In this document: positions 44,460 to 63,988 of the stretch, piece after piece
How positions within the stretch are numbered: the first letter of the stretch is position 1
Layout of the letters: the number at the start of each line of letters is the position of its first letter
DNA from: the human T2T-CHM13v2.0 reference genome, Homo sapiens
Strand: one strand, 5' to 3'
NCBI RefSeq assembly: GCF_009914755.1
Contig: NC_060941.1
DNA length: 64,000 nt
Notes under the pieces: generated by a model
The model's input: only the letters and a program-made list of their open reading frames with translations
Told to the model about the DNA's origin: nothing
The model's database searches: none
Made by a program: the position numbers and the translations under genes

Positions 44460-45914
44460 TGAAGCCTGTTAATATCATTGGAAATAATCCTATATGGAGA
44501 TGCTAATTAGTTAACTGTACCTGTAAACTTGTGAGTGATGAAAATAATGGTTATTTTTATATCATTTCACATTTATATATAATTCTCTAAATATTGCTTA
44601 TGCTTCAAAATTATGATAGAGCCTATAATTTAATATATTAACAAAAAAGCCCTTATACTACTTATATTTTAATTTTTTAAAATCTTAAGTATTATATTTT
44701 GTGTTTTAATTTCATTCTGGGAAAGTGGTTCTTGGCTTGCTAAAAGGATCCACACTACAGAAATGTTTTAGAACCCTTTATCAAAAAGGTTGAAGCTTGC
44801 TGATGTGATTTTACCCGTTTCAGCTAGCACATTGGAAGATACCTCTTTCACTAGTGACTCTATTCACCTTGTCTGGCTAAGTCTTGTTAATTCACTTAAT
44901 AAGAGATAGTCCCTATGCATAGAGTCTGCTTGCTGGTTAGTTGCAAATGCACAAACAGGGTCTTAAGGAAGGAAAACCCTTTGTGGAGGAAGGACAGCAT
45001 GCTAGGGGATAAATATTAGCCTGGTTTTGGAGATAGTTCTTCAAAAGGAAATCAATTCCAAGCTGGGACCTAAAAGATTAGAAAATAATGATTCAGTGCC
45101 TGGCACCATAAATATTATTTGAATGAAAGAGGCAAGAAAAATATGGTACATTTGAAATAGATTGTGAACCATAGTCTGTATAGTGGACTCATTAGTTTGT
45201 TGTGCACAGATATGTTTTTCAATGTGTTCTCATTTCTGCAACATTTTATAAATCCTTCATGCCTGTTTAGATATCTGTATTCAGTGGAGGGTTTATAACT
45301 CAGCAACCACTCATACAGTTGGTTTGCACAATGCTTTATAGTAGCTGGTAAGCAATTACTTACAATTCTTCTTAATTATTTACTTTCAGCTTTGAGTATT
45401 TTTGCTGTTCTGAATATTGACTTATTACTTGATTATGAGCAAGGATGCAGAAAGTGCTCAATTCTCAATGATGTGGAAGTCTGGATTTTTTCCTTCTTTT
45501 TTTAATTAGCAAGTGCTAGTCAGCAGCTACCCAGCTTTGTACAAAAAGTAATTGGGGTTAGCCATGGCTTCTAACCATTAATCAGCTTGTATCATTAGGT
45601 GACATTTTATTTTGCTTTGCTAGTTTCTGGTTCATATTTACTCTTCTAACCCTTCTGATTGGTGTACATACATATACACACACATACATAGAGGACATGT
45701 TTTAGTGAGGAAACTGCATTGCTATTTGTAAATGCATAGATACCTCAGTAGCTGGGTTTTTTCCCTTAAATTATTATTTGTCTTACAGTTTTAAAAATGT
45801 TTTTGTGAGATAAAATGATGTATTTTCTAGCACTCTTCATTTAAGTCCTTCCCACTAGTAAATCATAAGTTTACTAATGTGATTAAGAAATGCGACATTA
45901 TAAAATGAGGTAGG

Positions 45915-46219
45915 AGCCGGGCACATTGCTTATAATCCCAGTGACCCAGGAGGCTGAGATGGGGGGACCAACACTTGAGGCCAGGAGTTTGAGACCAGCC
46001 TGGCCAACATACCAAGATCCTGTATCTAAAAAAAATTTTAAAAAATTACCTGGGCGTGGTGGCACGTGCCTGTAGTCCCAGCTACTTAATTGGGAGGCTG
46101 AGATGGAAGACTTGCTTGAACCAAGAAGTTAAGGCTGCAGTGAGCTCTGATCCCACCATTGCACTCTAGCCTGGGTTACAGAGTAAGAGCCTGTCTGGAA
46201 AAAAAATTAAAAAATTAAG
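45915..46219 (+). mobile_element. AluJ
   Basis: TSD taaaatgaggtag. Confidence 0.88.
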
Positions 46220-46313
46220 TAAAATGAGGTAGTTCTCTGCACACTGGCTGAATTATATTTGTTAGCTTCTGAACTTTTATTAATTGACGTTTTATAAAAA
46301 GATATGTAATTTC

Positions 46314-46817
46314 TTTTTTATTTTAATTTTTAATTTGTTTATTTTATTATTATTATACATTAAGTTTTAGGGTACATGTGCACAATGTGCAGGTTAGTTA
46401 CATATGTATACATGTGCCATGCTGGTGTGCTGCACCCATTAACTCGTCATTTAGCATTAGGTATATCTCCTAATGCTATCCCTCCCCCCTCCCCCCACCC
46501 CACAACAGTCCCCAGAGTGTGATGTTCCCCTTCCTGTGTCCATGTGTTCTCATTGTTCAATTCCCACCTGTGAGTGAGAACATGCGGTGTTTGGTTTTTT
46601 GTCCTTGCAATAGTTTACTGAGAATGATGATTTCCAATTTCATCTATGTCCCTACAAAGGACATGAACTCATCATTTTTTATGGCTGCATAGTATTCCAT
46701 GGTGTATATGTGCCACATTTTCTTAATCCAGTCTATCATTGTTGGACATTTGGGTTGGTTCCAAGTCTGTGCTATTGTGAATAGTGCTGCAATAGACATA
46801 TGTGTGCATGTGTCTTT
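46314..46817 (-). mobile_element. 5'-truncated young L1PA (PA2/PA3-like) 3' end, about 500 bp
   Basis: 3'UTR with GAG (non-Ta) diagnostic; perfect 16-bp TSD aaagatatgtaatttc (46298-46313, 46818-46833). Confidence 0.92.
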
Positions 46818-47224
46818 AAAGATATGTAATTTCAATAGGCCTTAACACAGTAGTTACAATTTTTAATTTAAATTGGCTTTTTCCAAAATATAACTAATAG
46901 ATCCTCCAATGACATACTCCAGTCCTTCTTTACCCATACATGTAACCATATATGTTTTAAAATTTATATTAGGAAGTTTTAACCCTCTAATAATTATCTA
47001 ATTTGGTTAAAGGTATTTTCATGGGGTATGTAATATGGCTAATAAAAACAGTATTGCTTGTTAGAATACTTTTTACTAGTTTAGGGAAGTTTATGTAAAA
47101 CAAACAAAACATGCCAAAAAGTTGATTGCATGATTTTTGTTTTTAAAGCTGATCTTACTCAAACCAGTTTACCTGTGTTTGTCACTGTTACACTTAAGAA
47201 TATAAATAAATTCCTTTTAGTCTT

Positions 47225-47527
47225 CATTCATTCATTCATTTTTTGAGACGGAGTCTTGCTCTGTTGCCCAGGCTGGAGTGCAGTAGTGTGATCTCGGCTC
47301 ACCACAATCTCCGCCTCCAGGTTCAAGCAATTCTCCTGCCCCAGCCTTCTGAGTAGCTGGGATTACAGGTGTGCGCCACTGCACCCAGCTAATTTTTGTA
47401 TTTTTTTAGTAGAGACGGGGTTTTGCCATGTTGGCTAGGCTGGTCTTGAACTCCTGACCTCAGGTAATCCGCCTGCCTCAGCCTCCCAAAGTGTTGGGAT
47501 TACAGACGTGAGCCACTGCGTCCAGCC
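47225..47527 (-). mobile_element. AluS
   Basis: TSD ccttttagtctt. Confidence 0.9.
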
Positions 47528-48037
47528 CTTTTAGTCTTTTTAAAAGAAAGACATATTTTTAGACAACAGTATTATAAACATGTCCTGGACAACAAAATCC
47601 AAGAACAAACCAGGCCCATAGCCACTTCCTGGGAAACGTTAAAAATACTATAAAATGTACATGATGGAATAACACTGCAAAACGAATTTAGGAGACCATG
47701 TAGGTTGGTTGACTGGGTGGCATACATTTCTGTCTTGTATGGGACCTATTCAGAAAAGACATGAAGTGATGCTATTAAATAGATCTGTGAAACTTCTAGT
47801 TCAGCAGCTGCATTCATTTTTTTTTCAATTTTTTAATTCCCATTCTTATTTATTAGCTGTGACTTTGAGGCCAGAATTAAAACAAATATTTTAGTGGCAG
47901 CATTTATGATTTGTTTAGAAGTACCAGATTGATCCCCATGGTTAGATCTGGGCAGATTCAATATGGGCAGTGTAAATTTGTTGCTCTCAGGGACAAAGTG
48001 AATAACATTTTCAAGGAACTTTAAAAAAAATTAATAA

Positions 48038-48346
<309 letters not shown>

Positions 48347-48560
48347 GGAATCTTCTTTTGCCTGGCTAACTCTTACACTGATTCCTATCTTAAATATCAT
48401 TTAAGAAGTCTTCCCTGAGTCTACATAAAATGTCATGTTCCCCTTCCTCCTTCACCTTGTCACCTAATTGGGCAAGCTAGTTAATCTGCTTGTCACACTC
48501 AATGCTTCAGTTTCCTCATCAATAAAATGGGGGCTAGTAATGATATCTAAAATAATACCT

Positions 48561-48868
<308 letters not shown>

Positions 48869-49229
48869 CTAACAAATAGAGTAACCTCAATAGATATTAG
48901 TTGTTTCTGTTTTCATTATTATCAATCACCTTCATCCTAGTTTTTAAATTATTTACATCCATCAGAGTATCTTTTCAATGTGTTCGCTGTTAGAGGTAAG
49001 CTTTTGTTAATATTTTGTCCCCAAGTATTAGCCCAGTAGCTTTCACATACTTGATACTGAGTAAGTGTACATTGAATAATTACAATAATTAATTACATTG
49101 GATTGCTTCATAATTGTAATCATGGAAAAAATATAGCAGGGCAAAATTAAGACATTTATTCAATGTTGTTATTCATTTGTTGAATAAAATCAACTTATGT
49201 CTAAATTGTGGTTTGAATAAGAATTGTCT

Positions 49230-49537
49230 GGCCGGGCACGGTGGCTCACGCCTGTAATCCCAGCACTTTGGGAGGCCGAGGCGGGTGGATCACAAGGTCA
49301 GGAGATCGAGACCATCCTGGCTAACATGGTGAAACCCCGTCTCTACTAAAAAATACAAAAAATTAGCCAGGCGTGGTGGCGGGCACCTGTAGTCTCAGCT
49401 GCTTGGGAGACTGAGGCAGAAGAATGGCATGAACTTGGGAGGCGGAGCTTGCAGTGAGCCAAGATGGTGCCACTGCACTCCAGCCTGGGCGACAGAGCGA
49501 GACTCTTGTCTCAAAAAAAAAAAAAAAAAAAAAAAAA
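49230..49537 (+). mobile_element. AluY
   Basis: Y diagnostics, long A tail, TSD aagaat(t/c)gtct. Confidence 0.92.
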
Positions 49538-49662
49538 GAATCGTCTCCATCTCTATATATTGGGAGTGATACATGATGGCAAATTATAATACATGCAGAT
49601 ACATATCACAGATAACTAAAACTGAAATATGTAATAGATAGTAATTTAAAATACCCCATGGA

Positions 49663-49952
49663 GGCTGGAAGCGGTGGCTCATCCCAGTAATCCCAACACT
49701 TTGGGAGGCCGAGGAGGGCGGATTACTTGAGGTTGGGAGTTCGAGACCAGCCTGGCCAACATGGCGAAACCTCATCTCTACTAAAAATACAAAAATTAGC
49801 TGGGTGTAGTGGCACACGCCTGTAATCCCAGCTACTGGGGAGGCTGAGGCAGGAGACTCGCTTGAGCCAGGAGGCAGAGGTTGCTGAGATGGTGCCACTG
49901 TACTCCAGCTTGAGTGACAGAGTGAGACTCCGTCTCAAAAAGAAAAAAAAAA
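49663..49952 (+). mobile_element. AluS
   Basis: TSD accccatgga. Confidence 0.9.
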
Positions 49953-50789
49953 GGACCCCATGGAAATGACATTTTTATGTAATAAGAACAATAGATTAGT
50001 ATACTATTATGTTTTTGGACAACAAACTATTTCTTATTTATCAAACTATCGTTAGAAACATAAGGAAGAAATCCTCAATTCTGTGCAATAAGCCTGACAT
50101 GAACCTTTAATTCAGTAAATAATTGATTTGCTTTTCAGAGGCATTACTTCTGCCAGCTGAGCAACTGAGAAATGTAAAGTACAACACATCTACATTTTAA
50201 ATAATTACCCCTCCTTGGCAGGGAAATTGCTTTTCCATCCATTAATAAGAGGAAAATGAGTGTTGAATCTCTAGCAAAACAGAGTAAATATGTACCCCTT
50301 TAGATGCTTGGCTGCATCTTTAGCAGACTTGAAATTCTTCTGGTTACTTAAATGATACATATTAAAAGGTGATTGTGGTCTTGGGTTAATTGTTAAAGAA
50401 GTTTAGGTTTTTCTTTTTGGACATAAAGGTTTTCCCATTGTCTAGCAAGTGGTTAGAGAAATACCATGTCTTGATTTATTTTTAACATCTATAATGCATC
50501 ACAGATCTACAGCATAACATAGCTTGAGATTTTTAATCTGACAGCTTCTGGTTTATCACTACCAGACACCTATATTATTTCATTCACAATGCAAAGGCAA
50601 CTTGAAGAATTTATTTCCTTTTTTCATTAGAAGAGGATGTTTCCATAGTAGGTTTGTACTTACTCTCTTGTTTCATCATCTTGTAAAGTGGTGTCCTTTA
50701 CTCATGTAATGGATTTACTCTCTGAAGAATTAGTTCTGTTTGCTCTCTGTTCATTGTGGCACTGTAGTTGTGTAAGAGAGGGATCTTTG

Positions 50790-51012
50790 TAGGGGTGACT
50801 TACGATTAGGTAGTAGGTACAGTGTCTAGGGACCACAATACTTTTAGAACCTCGCTATAATTTTCTGATTTCTTTAAAAGCAGAAAAAAAAACATGGTTT
50901 TAAGTTAATAGAATGGAGTAAAAAAATATAACTTTAAGTATTTTTTCCTGAAGGAGAGTGCCCATGAAGACAAAAATGCCCAGGTCCCACCTAAAGTCCT
51001 AATGTAGCCCTG
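50790..51012 (-). mobile_element. MER53-like hAT non-autonomous transposon
   Basis: Degenerate CAGGG...CCCTG ends and internal gtgcctaggg/gcccatgaa-type repeats; from recalled consensus. Confidence 0.55.
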
Positions 51013-51646
51013 GGTTCCATCAGTAAGTGAAGAGCCTTTTCCATTCTTCATCACTATTGCCACAGCACTACCACTTAATTGAATAAAGGTGCTCAGTTGA
51101 TAGTGAATGAACTCATGGAATATGTGAATGCATACATTGGGATACTATGTAAAAATGTGAAATCAACATATATACCTGTAAAAATAGACCTGTCTACAAC
51201 AAATATAACATAAATACTTACAATAATATAAACATAGTATTTAATTTTGCAAAAGGTAAAGAAGGATCTGTATAGTCAGGTACATACATGCAAAGCAGCT
51301 GTTGATTTCAACTTTTCATTTATCAGTATACCCTTACTAGTTGTTAAACACTGAAGTACTTGAATACTTCTTGCCTGTCCCAGTAGCCTCTGAGCCTCCC
51401 TCCCTGGTGGGGGATGGTGGGCACCTTGTTTCACTATTCTTATTCAGATTGGCCTGTATCTTGCCATACATTAAATATTTTTTGAACATTGCTCTAAAAA
51501 CAGCCTAAATATTTCCCAAAGATATATATTCATTTCAAAGAGATTTATTATATATAGTAAGGTGGGTACCTGTGGTCGGGAGCAGTGAGAAATGAAGAGT
51601 GGGTGCAGGAACGGAGAAGCAAAGAGAAAATGTAAAAACAGTAAGA

Positions 51647-51896
51647 GGCTGGGTGCAGTGACTCATACCTGTAATCCTAGCACTTTGGGAAGCCAAGGTG
51701 GGCGAATCACTTGGGTTCAGGAGCTTCAGACCAGCCTTCCAACATGGTGAAACCCCATCTCTACTAACAATACAAAAATCAGCCGGGTGTGGTGGCTCAT
51801 GCCCGTAGCTGTAATCCCAGCTACTTGGGAGGCTGAGGCGTGAGAATTGTTTGAACCCAGGAGGTAGAGGAATACAATGCAATGCAATGCAATGCA
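51647..51896 (+). mobile_element. 3'-truncated AluS followed by (CAATG)4
   Basis: Alu stops at about 51870; pentamer run follows. Confidence 0.85.
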
Positions 51897-52631
51897 CATA
51901 GCAAGAGAAGGTTTATGTATGGACTTATTAACATAGACGAAATGAAAAATCTGATTAATTCTTCCATGCATCTGAAGTCTAAAAAGGATATCTAGAATGC
52001 TAAGAAAGTGGAAGTAATGTTTATCAATTAGAATTGAGAATTAATAAATGTGATGTTAATATAGTTTTAAGAGTACAACAATGTAAAATAATACTATCAA
52101 ATACAATTATAGTTAATTAAATAATTTATACTATAATTGATATAGTAATTAAAAATGAACTGATTTTATAATTTTCTCTTTGTTCCTTTGATTGTTTCTA
52201 AGAAGACATTGAATAAGTAAATATATAATTTGGTTGTGCACAGAATGCCTGCCTACCCAGTCATCTTTTTTATGGATCAGCCATTTTTCTTATATATACT
52301 TGTTCTGTAACATAGTCACAGAGTCATGCTTTGATACTGCTCCTGTAGGTAATCAAACCTAATTTCCAGAGACACTTGGTCATTTGGTAATATTTTCAAC
52401 ATATGCTCATATACCCAAAATGTGTTAACTGATGTACAATTTGATACAGCATGCTTGATGACTATCTTTGAAACTTTATCTTTCATCTAATCATTATCAT
52501 TTGTTACTTAGTTACTTACTTTCTGAACATTTGGACCAGAACCCTGATTCATGTCTGTTATATTTTCATTTAAGTACTATGATACATGGTTCTTTGAGCA
52601 CCCATTTAGCCAAGCTGAGACTCACTGACCT

Positions 52632-53964
52632 TTTTTTTTTTTATACTTTAAGTTTTAGGGTACATGTGCACAACATGCAGGTTATTTACATATGTATACA
52701 TGTGCCATGTTGGTGTGCTGCACCCAGTAACTCGTCATTTAACATTAAGTATATCTCCAAATGCTATCCCTCCCCCCTTCCCCCCACCCCACAACAGGCC
52801 CTGGTGTGTGATGTTCCCCTTCCTGTGTCCATGTGTTCTCATTGTTCAATTCCTACCTATGAGTGAGAACATGCAGTGTTTGGTTTTTTGTCCTTGTGAT
52901 AGTTTGCTGAGAATGATGGTTTCCAGCTTCATCCATGTCCCTACAAAGGACATGAACTCATCCTTTTTTATGGCTGCATAGTATTCCATGGTGTATATGT
53001 GCCACATTTTCTTAATCCAGTCTATCATTGTTGGACATTTGGGTTGGTTCCAAGTCTTTGCTATTGTGAATAGTGCCATAATAAACATACATGTGCATGT
53101 GTCTTTATAGCAGCATGATTTATAATCCTTTGGGTATATACCTAGTAATGGGATTGCAGGGTCAAATGGTATTTCTAGTTCTAGATCCCTGAGGAATCGC
53201 CACACTGACTTCCACAATGGTTGAACTAGTTTACAGTCCCACCAACAGTGTAAAAGTGTTCCTATTTCTCCACATCCTCTCCAGCACCTGTTGTTTCCTG
53301 ACTTTTTAGTGATCGTCATTCTAACTGGTGTGAGATGGTATCTCATAGTGGTTTTGATTTGCATTTCTCTGATGGCCAGTGATGATGAGCATTTTTTCAT
53401 GTGTCTTTTGGCTGCATAAATGTCTTCTTTTGAGAAGTGTCTGTTCATATCCTTCACCCACTTTTTGATGGGGTTGTTTGTTTTTTTCTTTTAAATTTGT
53501 TTGAGTTTATTGTAGATTCTCGATATTAGCCCTTTGTCAGATGAGTAGATTGCAAAAATTTTCTCCCATTCTGTAGGTTGCCTGTTCACTCTGATGGTAG
53601 TTTCTTTTGCTGTGCAGACGCTCTTTAGTTTAATTAGATCCCATTTGTCAGTTTTGGCTTTTGTTGCCATTGCTTTTGGTGTTTTAGACATGAAGTCTTT
53701 GCCCATGCCTATGTCCTGAATGGTATTGCCTAGGTTTTCTTCTAGGGTTTTTATGGTTTTAGGTCTAACATGTAAGTCTTTAATCCATCTTGAATTAATT
53801 TTTGTATAAGGTGTAAGGAAGGGATCCAGTTTCAGCTTTCTACATATGGCTAGCCAGTTTTCCCAGCACCATTTATTAAATAGGGAATTGTTTCCCCATT
53901 TCTTGTTTTTGTCAGGTTTGTCAAAGATCAGATGGTTGTAGATATGCGACATTATTTCTGAGGG
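52632..53964 (-). mobile_element. 5'-truncated L1PA (PA4-6-like), 1.33 kb of ORF2 C-terminus plus 3'UTR
   Basis: ORFs 52846..53457 (CCHC domain) and 53491..53952; TSD tcactgacct (52622-31, 53965-74). Confidence 0.92.
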
Positions 53965-54786
53965 TCACTGACCTCTTTTTTTTACCCCTCACCATATATC
54001 TGTTTTTTTTTTATATATCCTTCTCTGAATGGTGCGTTTTGAGTTTTTCTCTCTCTTTTTTTTTTCTTCCATGGGGGTGGGGTGGCTGCTCAAGTGTTTT
54101 AACTTTCTAACTGGTCTGTTAAACATCTTGCATTTTCCCTTTCTCCATTCACTCCATATAAAGCCAACAAGTTTATCTTGTCCTCACATTTATTTTTGTT
54201 TTTGTCTGTCTTCATTTTTATTGAATTGTAACTTACGTAATATAAGTTGCACCAATTTTAAGTATACGGCTTGTTGAATTTTATTTATGTATGTACCTCT
54301 CTAAGCAACATCCATAGTGTTTGAAAGATCTGTTTCACACATCTCTGAAATACACAGAATGCCCTTCCTACATTTAGAAATTCCTACATTTCCATATTTA
54401 CCTTTCCAATTATTTTGTAGTCCTAACACATAAAGAATCTGCTTGATACAGATTGTTCTCCATGAAATCCTCTTCTTTATCTCTGCTTCCTGTCTTATGC
54501 TGTTCATAATTATTTCACTTTACTATCCCTTCTGTCTACCAAATTCCTACTAACCTCCATTCAAGGTGTACTTTATTATGCACTTCCAGCAATTATTGTC
54601 TATGACATGAATTTAGCATTAGTTGACTGTATCTGTATCTGTAATTTTTCCTTGAGGCTGGTTACAGTCTGATACTACCATGTAGATATGTATAGATCTT
54701 GAGTACTAAACTTTGTGTTGGGACATAATATACACCAGAAACTAACACTCATTTATCCTTAGACTTTTCCAATTATATTTCTCACT

Positions 54787-55003
<217 letters not shown>

Positions 55004-55480
55004 TCAATCTTGAAAAAGATGAGTAAATTTTAAAGACTTAAACTACCTAAATTTCTGAATTAATCTAAAGCTCACCAAGAAAGGGTTTTTAGGGAGTAAG
55101 TATAGACATAGATGAGTGAATGGAATAATGTCCAGAACAGTCATTTGATTTTTGACAAAAGTGGCAGGTAATTAAATAGGTGAAGTATAGTTTTTTCAAC
55201 AAATGGTGCTAGAACAACTGCGGTATCTTTTGGTGGAAAAATAAATCTTTACTAACATCATACATAAAATTAACTCTAAATGGATAATAGGCTTAGCATA
55301 AACACTAAAACTATGAAACTTTAAAAAGAAAACGTAAGGTTATATCCTTAAACTTGGGATAGAAAAAGATTTCTTAGATAAACACCCAAACCACAAAATC
55401 TTCATCAAAATTGGAAATCTTTTGGGAAAATGTTAAATAGTGAAAAGCCATGCCACAGACTGGGAGAAAATTTCTGATAG

Positions 55481-55482
<2 letters not shown>

Positions 55483-55530
<48 letters not shown>
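55483..55530 (+). repeat. (GATA)12 microsatellite
   Basis: 48 nt perfect repeat. Confidence 0.95.
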
Positions 55531-55918
55531 TTGAAAACATACAATTTAAAATGAGGAAAAGATTTTAAACAATCATGTCACAAAAGAAAATATTTAAAAG
55601 CCAGTAAGCACACAAAAAACTGATCAACATCACTGATAACCAAGGAATACTGGCAAATTAAAACTGTGAGAATACCAATTGAAATTATTAAAAAGACTGA
55701 CAGTATCAAATGTTGGTGAAGTTATGGAGCTTGTGAGAATGTAAAATTATACAACCACATTGGAAAATAGTTTGGCAGTTTCTTATAAATATTTAATATA
55801 TGACCCTGCAATTTCTCTCCTAAATATTCACCCAAGGAAAAGAAAAACATGTCCACATGGAGACTAGTATTTGAATGTTCATAGCTGTTTGAGTTACAAT
55901 ATTAAAAAACTAGAAACA

Positions 55919-56222
55919 GGCCAGGTGCGGTGGCTCACACCTATAATTCCAGCACTTTGGGAGGCCGAGGTGGGTAGATCACTTGAGGCCAGGAGTTTGA
56001 GACCAGCCTCGTCAACATGGTGAAACCCTGTCTCTACTAAAAATACAAAAAATTTAGCCAGGTGTGGTGACAAACCCCTGCAATCCCAGCTACTCAGGAG
56101 GCTGAGACAGGAGAATCACTTGAACCTGGAGACAGAGGTTGCAGTGAGCTGAGATGGTGCCACTGCACTCCAGCCTGGTTGACAGATCAAGACTCCATCT
56201 CAAAAAAAAGAAAAAACAAAAA
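55919..56222 (+). mobile_element. AluS
   Basis: TSD aaaaaactagaaacag. Confidence 0.9.
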
Positions 56223-58811
56223 ACTAGAAACAGCTACGGAATGGATATATAAATTGTGGTATGTATTTAAAATGGAACACTAGTCAGCAATATAAATCAA
56301 TGAATGACATACTGCTACTTGTAGCAAATAGACTGAGAAAATATTGTGTGATTATATTTCATTAAATTCTAAAACAGGCAGTATTCATCCCGCATAATAG
56401 AAAGCTGATGAGTGGTTGCTTGGGGCCAGGTGGTTGGGGAGAGGATGGTTTGCAAGTGAACACAAGGGAACTTTTTTTGAATGCTCTTTCTCTTGACTAT
56501 GGTAGTAGTTACACAGGTATATGTATTTGTCAGATTCATCATACTGTACATCTAAAATGAATCTATTGTATATAAATTATGTATTCATAAAGGTTAAAGT
56601 TTTAAAAAACATTCTGGCAATGGACAAATATTCTCAACAACCTGAAAAAATGAGAACACATGTACGTAGGCATACACCACTTTCTTAAATATCTATTTGG
56701 TAAGGAAATCTGTTAAAAATAATGAACATTAGAATGCTTAATATGAAAACTCACTGGAAATGACCAGAGATGTCTTCATAAGCCTGAAAATTGTACAATT
56801 CAAAGAGAAAGAAAATAATTAAATATTTAAATAATGATGTTAATACACTTCGAACTGCTAAAAATGCAGGAGGACGAATATAACAAATTAAAAAATAAAG
56901 TGAGCTAGAAAATCAGTTGTTCACTTTATATAGATTTTTCCACATGAAACAAATAAGGGCAATATCACTGATTTCTAATTTATGTTGGTTATGGATATAT
57001 GCAACTTTTGTAAGGGATCAGCTAAATCATCTGCTTTGGTAGTGTTTACTTCAGTGCCTTTAACAGAGTGTTATGTAGCAAATTTGATAACGATATACTA
57101 TATTTTAGGCTACTAAAGTGGAAGAATACATTGATGAGTTTGATTATTAGTGTTTGTAAGTAGCTTAAAAAATATGCTGCTGTAAGCTAGTTTATGCTGC
57201 CCATATGGAGACTTTGGGACCTTTGTTTTCCAGTATTCATATCCAGCTTGAAAGTTTTATTAATCTGACTTTAATAAGCTATGATATTATGATTTGTGTA
57301 AGCTGAGGAGGTTAACGCTTTCTTTCAGTACTGGGATTCTGTTTCTTTGCTTTTGTGTTTACAAATTTGGCTATTAACTTTTCTAAATAATTAAGTAATT
57401 TGTAAGTTTGTATCTATACAGGTGTTAATTGAAAAGTATTACATGAACAAGCATTAATGCCAAAGTATAAAATTCTTTTATGAATGATATAATCTGAATT
57501 CCTGTAAACATTTCTATTTGATTCAGCATAATCATGTTTATGTCTCTTTTTGGAAAAGAGTGTGAGTAGCTGGTAGTTTGTCTTCTAGTTCACATGTGTG
57601 TATATGATAAAGAACCATACAATTAGGTAGGTGTTATAAATAGGATATGGCAAAAAAGGCAAACCTACTCATGTTTCCAAGATTTTATAGCATATGCCTG
57701 GTGAAATTTTGCTATTCTTTAATTTTGCTTTTTGGGTTAACCAGCTGACGCCCAGTTGAAAAGACTTATGTTCGTGTGAGGCCACAAAAGCCTTAATGTT
57801 CAGTCTCCAGCTACCTCAGATTTTGGAGAACGCTGTGTACCATCAGCAGCTTGAATCCCCACCCTCTAACGCTAATGCTCATCTATCAAACTTGAGGCTA
57901 AGAGTGAGGGAGAGGAAGCTTCCAGATAAACATACAGAAGTGCCTAAACAGCTAATCACTCTAGGCTTCCGCTTCCAGGCCCTATAATTAGAAGTCCTTC
58001 TTTTTCCTTGTATTCCCAGATGACGCAAATGCTTTTTGTGGCTTGGCACCTCATTTGGGGCGTGGGTTTAGTTTATGGCCAGGCCAGAGTCTGGTTTAGT
58101 CTTCTGATGCAGCATAAATAGTTCTCAAGCCACAGTCTACTCTGCACAAGTTTTTCCTTTTATGTATATGTGCATTTTAACTTGTTTTCTAGAAGAAAAA
58201 AAAGCTTGCTATTTCCCTGGCAGAATGTGTGCAAAAGAGGAAATTCTAAATGAAAAGAAAGCACGTGACTATGTAGTCCTATACTAGCTATTTCTTTTTC
58301 TCCTTTCTGCTCTTTAAATTTTTTATATTATTTTTAAAATTTTGTGAAAAAAGTAAACTTACTGGTGGATTGTAGAAGCCACATTTGCATGGAGGGGTGG
58401 AAAAAAGTGTTTGAGATAGGATACAGAGAAGATAATAGGCATAATTTTTTAGTGGACATTTTCCTGAAAATTTGAATTTGTTTTACATAATCATAACTAA
58501 ACAGAGATGAATGCCAGTTTGAAAAGCTAGGAACATATGGGAACGTGTTCATTTGTGATTTTCATTCATATGTAAAACAATAATAGTCTTGATTTGGCAA
58601 ATGAGGACCTTTATTTGAATGCTCATTCTACATAAAATGGTATGATTTAAAACGAAATTTAATGAAGTTTATAGTAGGTGAGGAATATATGTTACAAATG
58701 CAAATTCATCTTATTTCCTGTCAGAATGATGTTTCTATTGAATTGTTTGTCAAGTGCAGAAAATTTGTTACAGAGAGGTGGAGTCAGAAGATAGTAGTGG
58801 ATTTATGATCA

Positions 58812-59272
<461 letters not shown>

Positions 59273-59599
59273 TCAATAACCTCATGATCATAGCTAGACA
59301 TATAATGAGAGGTAAGGTTATATATATTGTTGTAGGTTTAATAATTTATTAAATTATTTATAATAAATGGTACCTTTCATTTTCTAAAATGTATTCTCTT
59401 GGAAATAGCCAGGACAGTGGCATCTAGTAGGATATTTTAATATAGTGACTAGAGCTGTACCTTATGTTTGCCAAAGAAATAGCAAACTCAAATTTACTTC
59501 ATCTTTTCACTGAAATGACTATCTTGTCTTCCCACAGATGCTTAATATTCTTTCATGCCTTTTTGTTCAACAAAACATTAGTTTAAATGCTTATACTAA

Positions 59600-63240
<3,641 letters not shown>

Positions 63241-63397
63241 CATTTTCAATAAATATCATGGTGAATTAAGTACAGGAAGTAGTAGTTGGATCAGTAGATA
63301 AATTGGAGCGTAGAATTAAAGCTTGAAGAAATTGCAAAAGAGGGAGTTTCATGGGGGGTATGTCATTTTCACATTCTTTGTTTTGAAAAATGATTGT

Positions 63398-63782
<385 letters not shown>

Positions 63783-63988
63783 TTATACCTTGCTGATATA
63801 CTGATGTGTCATTAAGCTTGGTATTCACATGAAAAAGATATTTTATTTTTTTCTTTTGTAAAGTTTCTTATAGCCTTGGTAATTTTTTTCCCATTGGTAA
63901 TATTTTAAATATTGTGAATAGCTTTTTAGAATATTTCATCCACATACATAATCATTTTTATTTTTACCCTTTGTTTTTTGTCTTCCAG

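Noticed and set aside
59413-59432. CTCF-like site (minus strand tcctactagatgccactgt)
   Set aside because: Two mismatches at core positions; not supportable without ChIP data
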